The notes beneath the pieces are model-generated. The model worked only from the letters and a program-made list of their open reading frames with translations. It was not told the origin of the DNA and did not search any database. The position numbers and the translations under genes are program-made. Positions 9,528 through 18,613 of a DNA stretch of 38,904 nucleotides are shown piece by piece; the stretch's first letter is position 1, and each line of letters begins with the position of its first letter. Origin of the DNA: a virus (taxonomy: Duplodnaviria > Caudoviricetes); IMG/VR virus record IMGVR_UViG_3300017700_000453, positions 1 through 38,904 of that record. One strand, 5' to 3'.

Positions 9528-9908
9528 ATGCCAGGATTCCAGAAAGATATGATGGGCGCAGGCCTGACCGGCCCGCAGGCCCGCAACATCAACGGCGTGG
9601 GCGAGGGCGGCAAGACCGCCACCGGCACCAACCAGGCCACCGCCTACGCACTTACCACCTGTTCGACCGAATTCACCACGGTGGCAGCTTCGACGGGCGC
9701 CATCCTGCCCGACACCACCAAGCAGGTGCTGGGCGGTGACATCCTGGCCGTGTACAACCAGGGCGCCAGCACGCTGACGGTCTACCCGCCAGTAGGCTTT
9801 CGCATCGGCCTGGCCGCAACGAATGCCGGCGTGTCGATTGCTACCGGCAAATCGGCGCTGTTCGGCGCGCGCGGCGACGGCAATTATTTCCTGTTCCTGA
9901 GCGCTTAA
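9528..9908 (+). CDS. Probable virion structural protein
   Basis: AAGGAG RBS; Gly/Thr/Ala-rich; located in the head operon. Confidence 0.65.
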   Translation: MPGFQKDMMGAGLTGPQARNINGVGEGGKTATGTNQATAYALTTCSTEFTTVAASTGAILPDTTKQVLGGDILAVYNQGASTLTVYPPVGFRIGLAATNAGVSIATGKSALFGARGDGNYFLFLSA

Positions 9909-9957
9909 TCGCGCATCCCCACAAACGCACACCTGAACTACTTCAAGGAGCAATACC

Positions 9958-10653
9958 ATGCACAGCAACGAATATATCGCCTCGGACGACGCCAACCCGG
10001 AATTCGTAGGCCAGCGCGACCCGGACAAATCCTTGTCCGTGTCGTTCTACACCAAGCCGATGAAGAACAATTTCGAAAGCGCCAGGCAAGGGCGCCCCAT
10101 TTTCTTCGACGTGGACATGGTGAAAATCTACCTGCCCGGCGACGACAAGAACGTGATCGACACCATGGCCCGGGACGACCACAAGGAACGGTTCCCGAAG
10201 CACTGGGCGCATTACCAGAACCGCATGGCCGGCGACCAGCGCCTGATCGGCAAGACCCCAATTGACCAGTGGCCGCGCATTACCCCGTCAATGGCCGAAG
10301 AATTGCGCGCAATCAAATTCATGTCGGTCGATGACATCGCCAACGCTTCGGACATGCAAATTCAGGCGCTTGGCATGATCGCCGGGATGTCGCCGCACGC
10401 CTTCCGCGACGCCGCGCGCAATTACCTGAAGCTGGCCAGCGGCGAGGCAGCAGAAACCAAGACCGCCGAGGCCTTGGCATCCGTTACGGCGCGCAATGAA
10501 GCCCTTGAATCGCAGATGGCCGCGATGCAGGCCCAGTTGGACCGGCTGGCCGGCATGGGCAACCCGGCCACGCCTTCCGGCCTTGACCAGCTGGCCGCGC
10601 TTGAGCCTGTACAGGACCCGGCCCCGGCACCAACCCAGAAACGGACCCGCTAA
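9958..10653 (+). CDS. Conserved phage hypothetical protein
   Basis: AAGGAG RBS; GRPIFFDVDMVKIYLPGD...RFPKHWAHY; C-terminal coiled coil. Confidence 0.75.
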   Translation: MHSNEYIASDDANPEFVGQRDPDKSLSVSFYTKPMKNNFESARQGRPIFFDVDMVKIYLPGDDKNVIDTMARDDHKERFPKHWAHYQNRMAGDQRLIGKTPIDQWPRITPSMAEELRAIKFMSVDDIANASDMQIQALGMIAGMSPHAFRDAARNYLKLASGEAAETKTAEALASVTARNEALESQMAAMQAQLDRLAGMGNPATPSGLDQLAALEPVQDPAPAPTQKRTR

Positions 10654-11553
10654 ATGAAAACCATGCTGCAGATTATCCAGGCCGCTGCCGGCGAATTGGG
10701 CATTCCACGCCCGACGCTGGTAACCGGCTCGACCACAACCGACACGATCCAGCTGCTTGCGCTGCTAAACGGCCTGGGCGGTGATCTGCAGCAGGGGTTT
10801 ATCTGGCAGGACCTGTCCACGGAATACGCCTTCACGACCGAGTACCTCAGCGCCACCGGCACCACCGTGTCTGGCAGCGCCGTCGTAACGGGCCTTAGTT
10901 CGACCACCGGGGTGGACAGCACCTACATGGTGGTGGGGACCGGCATCAACACTGACACCTATGTGCTGACGAACGACAGCGCCACGCAGGTGACGCTGAA
11001 CCAGCCGGCCACGGCCAGCGGCACGGTGACGCTCACCTTCTGCAAGACGAAATACCCGTTCCCAGCCGATTTCGACCGCTCGCTGGACAAGACGCAATGG
11101 GACAAGACGCAGCACTGGCAGATGCTTGGCCCGAAGACCGCGCAGCAATGGGCCTGGCTCAAGTCCGGCTATATTTCGACCGGGCCGCGCCTGTCCTTTC
11201 GCGTGCTGGGCGGCACGTTCCAAATCTGGCCGGCGATCACGAACGCCGAGCGCATCGGCTTCGAATACATTAGCGCCTACTGGGCGCGCACCGCCGCCGG
11301 CGTGGCCAAGGCTGAATTCACGCTGGACGACGATGTGTGCATGTTCCCCGACCGGCTCATGATTACCGGCCTGAAGATGCGCTACCAGGAAGCGAAGGGC
11401 CTGGGCGACGACTTCAGCGCCAAATTCGAACAGCTTCTGGCCATCGCGCAGGGCGCGGACGCCGGCAGCGACACATTGAACCTGGGCGGCGGGCGCGCGG
11501 TAGATCAGCTGATCGACTGGCGCAACATTCCTGATAGCGGATACGGGGAATAA
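10654..11553 (+). CDS. Head-tail adaptor (tail tubular A-like)
   Basis: MLQIIQAAAGELGI N-terminus, Y.FP.DF motif, C-terminal NIPDSGYG; position before nozzle. Confidence 0.7.
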   Translation: MKTMLQIIQAAAGELGIPRPTLVTGSTTTDTIQLLALLNGLGGDLQQGFIWQDLSTEYAFTTEYLSATGTTVSGSAVVTGLSSTTGVDSTYMVVGTGINTDTYVLTNDSATQVTLNQPATASGTVTLTFCKTKYPFPADFDRSLDKTQWDKTQHWQMLGPKTAQQWAWLKSGYISTGPRLSFRVLGGTFQIWPAITNAERIGFEYISAYWARTAAGVAKAEFTLDDDVCMFPDRLMITGLKMRYQEAKGLGDDFSAKFEQLLAIAQGADAGSDTLNLGGGRAVDQLIDWRNIPDSGYGE

Positions 11554-11555
11554 CA

Positions 11556-13376
11556 ATGCGATTCGCACGGCAAAAGCCGAAAAAACCGCCTCAATCGGAA
11601 AGCCTGAGCCTCGCGGCGCCAGTCGGGGGCCTGAACGCGCGCGACGCGCTTGCCGCCATGCCGCCGCTTGATGCCGTCATTCTGGATAATTTCTTCCCGA
11701 GCACCACCAGCGTGGACTTGCGCCGCGGCTTTTCGCCTTGGTCCACCGGCTACACGGACGCCATCGAATCGCTGATGACCTACAACAGCCCGACCACATC
11801 GAAGCTGTTCGCCGCTTCCGGCACATCGTTCTTTGATGCCACCGCGGGCGGCGTCGTGGGCGCGGCTGTCGTCACCGGGCTGGCAAACGCGCGCTGGCAG
11901 TACACGAACATGGGGACGCCTGGCGGGCAGTTCCTGCTGGCCGTCAATGGCGCCGATTACCCCGAGATTTACACCGGCACGGTATGGCAGAAGGTGGCCA
12001 GCGTCGCCGCCCAGACCATCAGCACGATTACCCGCGCCGGCACGCTGGCCACCTTGACCACCGCGGCGCCGCATGGCCTGTCCACCGGCAATTACGTGAC
12101 CGTCATCGGCACGACGCCGGCGGGCTTCAGCGGCACCTACATGGTGACCGTGACGGGCGCGAGCACCTTTACCTATGTGATGGCAGCCGACCCAGGCGCG
12201 AACGCCTCTGTCGTCGGCACCTACGTGACCATCGCCATTACCGGCGTTGACCCGCGCCTGCTGATCCATGTGAACCTCTACGCCAGCCGGGTGTTTTTCA
12301 TCGAAAAGGACAGCGCGCGGTTCTGGTATTTGCCCGTCAACACCGTGACCGGCGCCGCCCTGTCGGTGGACCTCTCGCCGCTTCTGAGCCTGGGCGGCTA
12401 CCTCATGGCGATGGCTACCTGGACCATCGACAACGCTGCCGGCGTGCAGGAATACGCCGTGTTTATCTCGTCCGAGGGCGAAGTGCTGATGTATTCCGGC
12501 ACCGACCCCGCCGTGGCTGCAAACTGGGTCAAAAACGGGCGCTACCGCATTGGCCGGCCAGTCGGGCGCCGCTGCTTCGTGCGCGTCGCGTCAGATGTGA
12601 TTTTCCTGACGAGCGACGGCTTCCTGCCGCTGTCCAAGGCATTGCTCACCGACCGCACCCAGCAGATCGCCATCAGCGACAAGATCAACACGATTGTCGC
12701 CGCCGACCTCGACAACTACGGCGACAACTTCGGTTGGGAGGCCTGTCTCGCACCAGTGGGGAACAAGCTTTTCGTGAACGTGCCGACCTCCTACCGCTCG
12801 CCGGGCGGCGGTTTGCCCTCACAGGTGCAGCAGGCGCGCCAGTACGTCATGAACACGATTACCGGGGCGTGGTGCCGATACATCGGCTGGAACGCCAGCA
12901 CCTTCGAAAGCATGGGCGATGAACTGTTCTTCGCATCCGGACGCCGCGCCGGCGCCGGGACCGCCTACGTGGCCAAGTGCGAGGAGGGCTTTTCCGACAA
13001 CGGCGGCTATATCTTCGGGGAGGCGAAAACGGCGTTCCAGTATTTCGGCGCGCCGGGCTACGAAAAACAGATCACGATGGCGCGCCCGGTGTTCAAGACC
13101 AGCGGCACGATCCGCGCCACGCTCGCCATGGATATGGATTTTGCCGACGCCTACCCGGTTTCCGCGCCTTCGTTCTCCGGCACTGGCGGCACGCCCTGGA
13201 ATACAGCGCCCTGGAACACCTTCCCGTGGGGCGAAAGCGGCAGCATCAAGCAGGATTGGCAGGGCGTCGTCGGCGTGGGCGACACTGGCGCGCTGCACAT
13301 GCGCGTGGTCAACAACGTGAGCGCCTTGCAATGGCAGTCGGTCCAGTACGTGTTCCGGCGCGGGAGAATCCTTTGA
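11556..13376 (+). CDS. Tail nozzle / DNA stabilisation protein (tail tubular B or P22 gp10-like)
   Basis: APVGGLNARD N-terminus, beta-propeller-like composition, 606 aa; synteny. Confidence 0.75.
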   Translation: MRFARQKPKKPPQSESLSLAAPVGGLNARDALAAMPPLDAVILDNFFPSTTSVDLRRGFSPWSTGYTDAIESLMTYNSPTTSKLFAASGTSFFDATAGGVVGAAVVTGLANARWQYTNMGTPGGQFLLAVNGADYPEIYTGTVWQKVASVAAQTISTITRAGTLATLTTAAPHGLSTGNYVTVIGTTPAGFSGTYMVTVTGASTFTYVMAADPGANASVVGTYVTIAITGVDPRLLIHVNLYASRVFFIEKDSARFWYLPVNTVTGAALSVDLSPLLSLGGYLMAMATWTIDNAAGVQEYAVFISSEGEVLMYSGTDPAVAANWVKNGRYRIGRPVGRRCFVRVASDVIFLTSDGFLPLSKALLTDRTQQIAISDKINTIVAADLDNYGDNFGWEACLAPVGNKLFVNVPTSYRSPGGGLPSQVQQARQYVMNTITGAWCRYIGWNASTFESMGDELFFASGRRAGAGTAYVAKCEEGFSDNGGYIFGEAKTAFQYFGAPGYEKQITMARPVFKTSGTIRATLAMDMDFADAYPVSAPSFSGTGGTPWNTAPWNTFPWGESGSIKQDWQGVVGVGDTGALHMRVVNNVSALQWQSVQYVFRRGRIL

Positions 13377-13798
13377 ATCTCGTGCTCAACCGAAGCGACG
13401 AACTTGCCGCATGGGTGGCGCGACGCATCCCGCATGTGGACAGCTTCGGCCAGTGCGCGGCCATCGGCGTGGAGCGCGGCGGGGAATGCGTCGGGGCGGT
13501 GGTGTACCACGAGTACCGCGGCAACGACATCCAGCTTTCATGTGCGGCGACCAGCCCGCGCTGGCTGTCCCGCGCCGCGCTGCGCTCGATCTTCGCTTAT
13601 CCGTTCATCCAGCTGCAGGTGGACAGGGTAACGGCTTTCACGCCGGCCCGCGCGCGCGCCACGCGCCAGTTTTTGGAAAGTACAGGCTTCATACAAGAGG
13701 GCATTATGCGGCGCGGTTTCGATGATGATGACTGCGTGGTGTATGGCATGCTGCGCGAAGAATGCAAATGGATTGAACAGGGAGAAAACCATGGGTAA
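13373..13798 (+). CDS. GNAT-family acetyltransferase
   Basis: TTG start overlapping the nozzle stop with GGGAGA RBS; AYPFIQLQVDRVTA...GFIQEGIMRRGF...YGMLREEC (RimJ/RimL-like). Confidence 0.8.
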   Translation: MNLVLNRSDELAAWVARRIPHVDSFGQCAAIGVERGGECVGAVVYHEYRGNDIQLSCAATSPRWLSRAALRSIFAYPFIQLQVDRVTAFTPARARATRQFLESTGFIQEGIMRRGFDDDDCVVYGMLREECKWIEQGENHG

Positions 13799-15020
13799 GA
13801 AAGAGCCAAAACAACCGCCAGCACCGGACCCGGTTGCTGTGGCAGCTGCACAGACAAAGTCGAATATCGAAACGGCGAACGCGAATGCGCACCTGAACCG
13901 CATCGACCAGTACAACCCATGGGGATCGCAAGTCTACAACGAGACCAAGAACCCGGACGGCACCACGAAATGGTCTCAGACCACGACGCTTGACCCGGCG
14001 CAGCAGAAGCTGCTGGACTCGTCCAACCGCATCAGCCAGAGCATGTCCGACCTTGGCGAAAGCCAGCTGGGCCGCGTGGGCGATTCGATGTCGCAGCAAC
14101 TGACATACGACCGTTTGCCGAATCAGGTCAACAGCGTGAGCTACGGCAAAATCCAGGACGACGTGAATATGGCGGGAGTCCCGAAATTGATCGGCGGGGC
14201 CGACCTGACAAAGGACTTGCAAACCCAGCGTGACGCCCTGTACAAGCAGCAATCCGCGTTCATGGACCCGCAGTGGAAGCAGGACCAAGGGGACCTTGAA
14301 AACAAGCTGGTGCAGCAAGGCGTCATGCAGAATTCCGACGCCTGGAACCGCGCAATCGGTGACTTTTCGCGTAACAAGGAATTTGCCTACAACAACGCGC
14401 GCCAGTCGGCCATCACGGGCGGGGGCGCCGAGCAGTCGCGCCTGTTCGGTATCGGCCTTGCATCGAACCAGAACGCCTACAGCCAGGCCCTGAACAATGC
14501 TCAGTTCCACAACACGGCGCAAGCGCAGGGCTTCGGCCAGGCCATGTCGAATGCCAACCTGACGAACCAGGGCCGCTCACAGGGTATCAACGAGGCAAAC
14601 TACTTGCGCCAGCAGCCGCTAAACGAATTGAACGCGCTGCGCACCGGCTCGCAGGTGACGGCGCCGCAGTTCGGGCAGACCCAGCAGACGAACCAGGCTG
14701 GCACGGACGTGTCGGGCATCACCCAGCAGGGCTACCAGAATTCCCTGAACCCGTACAACGCCCAGATCGCGCAAAACAACGCCATGACCAGCGGATTGTT
14801 CGGCCTTGGCGCCGCGGCCCTGATTTCCGACCGCCGCCTGAAGCGCGACATTCGACAGATCGGCATGCACCCTGTCGGCATCCCGCTGTACTCGTACAAC
14901 TACGTGTGGGGCGAGCCGGGCGTGGGCGTCATGGCCGACGAACTGGAAAAGGTGCGCCCGAACGCGGTTCTTAGCCACCACCCAAGCGGCTACAAGATGG
15001 TCAACTACGAGGCGATCTAA
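13791..15020 (+). CDS. Internal virion/ejection protein with C-terminal peptidase S74-like chaperone domain
   Basis: MGKKEPKQPPAPDP start, Gln/Asn-rich body, SDRRLKRDI...GVMADE...YKMVNY tail. Confidence 0.75.
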   Translation: MGKKEPKQPPAPDPVAVAAAQTKSNIETANANAHLNRIDQYNPWGSQVYNETKNPDGTTKWSQTTTLDPAQQKLLDSSNRISQSMSDLGESQLGRVGDSMSQQLTYDRLPNQVNSVSYGKIQDDVNMAGVPKLIGGADLTKDLQTQRDALYKQQSAFMDPQWKQDQGDLENKLVQQGVMQNSDAWNRAIGDFSRNKEFAYNNARQSAITGGGAEQSRLFGIGLASNQNAYSQALNNAQFHNTAQAQGFGQAMSNANLTNQGRSQGINEANYLRQQPLNELNALRTGSQVTAPQFGQTQQTNQAGTDVSGITQQGYQNSLNPYNAQIAQNNAMTSGLFGLGAAALISDRRLKRDIRQIGMHPVGIPLYSYNYVWGEPGVGVMADELEKVRPNAVLSHHPSGYKMVNYEAI

Positions 15021-15022
15021 TC

Positions 15023-16810
15023 ATGGCAAACGTGAATACAGTAAGTTTCGGCAAGGGCGCGGCAAACGCCGACCTGCAGGCCGAAAATGCCGCCCTTGAG
15101 CGCCGCCAGCGCATGGTGGACGCGCTGCGCATGCAGGCTATGGCGCCGCTGCAGGCCCAGCAAGGGCTGGCGCAGGCCGCGAAGATTAGCCCATGGGAAG
15201 GCGTTGCCAAGCTGGGCGCCGCCTACTTCGCCAACAAGGCGCAGGAAAAGAACGACGCCAAGCAGAAGGAACTGGGCGCCGCCGGCGCGGCTCGCATGGC
15301 CGAAATGCTCAAGAGTATGGCCCCTGCTGGCACCTTCGACACGCCGGGCCAGGCTGCTGCGCCAGTCCAGAGCGGCCAACCGAGCGGCACCGGCCCGATG
15401 CCCGACATGCCCGCAGACGAACCGTCAGCACCAAGCGCGCCGCCCGCCGCGCGCCCATCCCCCGCGCTGCGCCAGGCATGGACCCGCGCCCTGTCGATGT
15501 ACGGGCAGGACCCGGAACTGGGCGGCAAGATGATCCAGAACCTGACCGACCTTACCGGCGAGCAGAAGGACATGGAAGCGCAAGGCATTGACCCGCGCCT
15601 GTTCGGCGCCGCGCGCATGGCCAAGATGAAAGCCGATGGCCTGATGCCTGTTGCAGCCGGCAGCACGGTCTACGACCCGACCACGAACAAGCCGCTGTTT
15701 GCTGGCCCTGACTTCAAGTCGGGCATGAATAACACGATCAACGGGAACGGCGTGCCGGAAATCAGCCAGATGAAGGGCGCGGAACTGATCCCGCAGATGG
15801 CCGGCCAGGTCAAGGGTGCCGAAGCGGGCGCACAGGCTGGTTTCGACATGGTGGAAGTGAACACGCCGCAAGGCCCGCGCATGATGACGCGCGCGCAGGC
15901 TGTGCAGATGAGCGGCGGCGGTGCGCCACCCCAGCAGCCGCCCCAGATGCCACCACAAGGGCAGCAGATGCCGCCACAGGCCCCACAAGGGCCACAGGGC
16001 GCGCCACCGCAAGGCATGGCCCCGCAAGGCCCGCCAAACAAGGGTTTCCCGCCTGGGACCCAAGTGCCAGCGCCGACGCCAGGACTTCCCGGCCCGCTGC
16101 CGATCCTGCAGCAGGAAATGGCCAGCATCATGCAGCGCCCGGACAGCGACCCGCGCAAGGCGTCGGACCTGGCCGCGATCCAGCGCGAGATTGCCAAGGC
16201 GTCCGGCCAGCCACCGCCGTCGCAGCAGCCGCAAATGCCGCCGCAACAGCAGGGGCCTGGCATTGCCCTGCAGACCGCCGCCCAGAAAGAGGCCGAAATT
16301 GGCGCGGTGCGCACGCAGAACGCTGTCGAACAGGCGCGCATGCTGGCCGCGCAGGCCCCCGAAGAATTGGCCAAGATCAAGGACGCCGGCAGCACGCTGG
16401 ACCTGATTAACATGGCCGAACCGCTGCTGAAGGCATCGACCGGCAGCGGCGCGGGTGCGATCCGGGACAAGGTGGGCAACTTCGTCGGCGTGAGCACCAA
16501 GAGCGCGCAGGCAGCCGCGCAGCTGGCGGTGATCGGTGCTTCGCTGACTGCCAAGGTGCCGAAAATGAGCGGCCCGACCTCCGACAAGGACATGGCGCTG
16601 TACATCCAGGCCGCGGGCAGCATTGGCGACCCGAACGTGCCAGGGCCACAGAAGGCCGCGGCCATGCAGATTATGCGCGGCATCAACCAGAAATACGCCA
16701 AGGACAACCAGGGCAGCATCGCGGACAAGGCAGTCAACGCCAACCGCGCCGGCGTCGGCACGCCATCGGCGGACGATCTGGTGCGGCAGTACCTGAAAGG
16801 GGGGCGCTAA
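15023..16810 (+). CDS. Internal virion (DNA ejection) protein
   Basis: Ala/Gln/Pro-rich, SPWEGVAKL, SGPTSDKD; podoviral ejection-gene position. Confidence 0.65.
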   Translation: MANVNTVSFGKGAANADLQAENAALERRQRMVDALRMQAMAPLQAQQGLAQAAKISPWEGVAKLGAAYFANKAQEKNDAKQKELGAAGAARMAEMLKSMAPAGTFDTPGQAAAPVQSGQPSGTGPMPDMPADEPSAPSAPPAARPSPALRQAWTRALSMYGQDPELGGKMIQNLTDLTGEQKDMEAQGIDPRLFGAARMAKMKADGLMPVAAGSTVYDPTTNKPLFAGPDFKSGMNNTINGNGVPEISQMKGAELIPQMAGQVKGAEAGAQAGFDMVEVNTPQGPRMMTRAQAVQMSGGGAPPQQPPQMPPQGQQMPPQAPQGPQGAPPQGMAPQGPPNKGFPPGTQVPAPTPGLPGPLPILQQEMASIMQRPDSDPRKASDLAAIQREIAKASGQPPPSQQPQMPPQQQGPGIALQTAAQKEAEIGAVRTQNAVEQARMLAAQAPEELAKIKDAGSTLDLINMAEPLLKASTGSGAGAIRDKVGNFVGVSTKSAQAAAQLAVIGASLTAKVPKMSGPTSDKDMALYIQAAGSIGDPNVPGPQKAAAMQIMRGINQKYAKDNQGSIADKAVNANRAGVGTPSADDLVRQYLKGGR

Positions 16811-18612
16811 TGGCTACGCTGGAAGAACTGGGGGCCGCGCTGCAGAAGGCGCACGAGGCGGGCGACAAGCAAGGGGCCATGACGCTGGCGCGCGCGTATC
16901 AGACCATGAAGGACGGCACGCCGCGCGATGTCACGCAGGACATGTCCGGTATGGAGAAATTCAATGCCGGCGTCGGCAAAGCCTTCGTGGACATGGGGCG
17001 GGGAATTGGCAATATCGTGACCGACATCGCGCCGGGCGCGGCCAAGTATGGTTTTGCAACGCGCGCCGACACCGAGCAGGCCCAGAAACTGGACGCCAAC
17101 CTGATGAACACCGGCGCGGGCATGGCTGGCAACATCGGCGGCAACATCACCATGATGGCCCCGGCCATGATGATCCCCGGCGCGGCATCCCTTGGCGGCG
17201 CGGCCACCATTGGCGCGCTGGGCGGCATGCTGCAGCCTGTCGGCAAGGAAGATAGCAGGCTGGCAAACCAGGGCATTGGTGCAGCTGCTGGCGCCATTGT
17301 CCCGCTGGCCGTCAACGGCACGAAAGCGGCCAAAGCGGCATTGGTGGACCCTTTCACCAACAGGGGCCGCGAAATGATCGCCGCCAAGCTCTTGCGAAAA
17401 CAGGCATCGAACGCCGACGCCGTGGCCGAAAGGCTGGCGACCGCGCGCGGCGCAACGCCGGGCTTTAATCCGACCGTGGGCCAGGCCGCGAACGACGACG
17501 GCATTGCAGCGCTTGAACGCACGGTGCGCGCCACCTACCCGCAGGGCTTCAACGACGTGGAAAAGGCCCAGCGCGGGGCCTTGGCCGATGCGCTGCGCAA
17601 TATCGCCAAGACGCCCGAAGCGAAAGACGCCGCTTTCGAAGCCCGCAACGCTTCTGTGCGCCCGCTGTACGACACTGCAAAAAAGGCCGTCGTGGAAGGC
17701 GATGACGTGATCGGCGCGCTGTTGCAGCGCCCGTCCATGAACGCCGCCATGTCGCAGGCCGAGAAGCTCGCCGCCGAACGCGGGCAGAGCTTCGGCATCA
17801 AGGCCGCGCAGGAGGGCGCAGACGGCGCTGGCGCCATCCCGGCGCAGCTGCAAGGATCGGCACTGCATGACCTGAAACTGGGCCTTGACGATGCCATTGG
17901 CAATCCGGGCCTGGGTGGCATGCAGGGCGCGCAGCGTGACGCGGCGCTGCAGACCAAGGAAGCTTTCATGACCTGGCTGGAAAATAAAATCCCGGCCTAC
18001 GCGCAAGCAAAATCGGCCTACGCGAACATGAGCAGGCCTCTGAACCAGATGGACATCGGGGAGGAATTCTACAAGCGCTTTGTGCCTGCCCTGGCCGAAA
18101 ACGGCGATGTGCCTTTCAAGACCACGGCGCAATCGTATGCGCAGGCCTTGCGCGAGGGCGACCGCCTGGCCCAGCGCGTCACCGGGATGAAGGGCCTGAA
18201 GCTTGCCGACATCATGGAGCCTGAGCAAATGCAGATTCTTCAGGGCGTAGGGAAGGACGCGGCCACCCGCGCAGCCTTCGAAGGTGCTGGGCGTGGGGCA
18301 GGGTCCGACACGGTGCAGAAACTGGCCATGTCGAACGTAGCGGCGCAGGCGGGCATCCCCAACTGGATGGCCAGCGTGGCGCGCGTGCCGGGTGGCTGGG
18401 CCAAGCGCGCGGGCGATGTGCTCTATGGTGACGCAGACGAACAGGTGCGCTTGCAACTGGCACGCCTTCTGCAGGACCCGAAAGCCGCCTCCGAAGCCAT
18501 GAAGAAGGCAGGAATCCCACCGAGCAAATACGCTGAAACGCTCCGGGCCATGTCGCAGGCCACGGCCACAGGCACGGTGAACGCTGGCGCCCAACCAACC
18601 CAAGGAGATTGA
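16810..18612 (+). CDS. Internal virion (DNA ejection) protein
   Basis: Gly/Ala-rich hydrophobic N-terminal segment, helical body, GSDT motif; synteny. Confidence 0.65.
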   Translation: MATLEELGAALQKAHEAGDKQGAMTLARAYQTMKDGTPRDVTQDMSGMEKFNAGVGKAFVDMGRGIGNIVTDIAPGAAKYGFATRADTEQAQKLDANLMNTGAGMAGNIGGNITMMAPAMMIPGAASLGGAATIGALGGMLQPVGKEDSRLANQGIGAAAGAIVPLAVNGTKAAKAALVDPFTNRGREMIAAKLLRKQASNADAVAERLATARGATPGFNPTVGQAANDDGIAALERTVRATYPQGFNDVEKAQRGALADALRNIAKTPEAKDAAFEARNASVRPLYDTAKKAVVEGDDVIGALLQRPSMNAAMSQAEKLAAERGQSFGIKAAQEGADGAGAIPAQLQGSALHDLKLGLDDAIGNPGLGGMQGAQRDAALQTKEAFMTWLENKIPAYAQAKSAYANMSRPLNQMDIGEEFYKRFVPALAENGDVPFKTTAQSYAQALREGDRLAQRVTGMKGLKLADIMEPEQMQILQGVGKDAATRAAFEGAGRGAGSDTVQKLAMSNVAAQAGIPNWMASVARVPGGWAKRAGDVLYGDADEQVRLQLARLLQDPKAASEAMKKAGIPPSKYAETLRAMSQATATGTVNAGAQPTQGD

Positions 18613-18613
18613 C

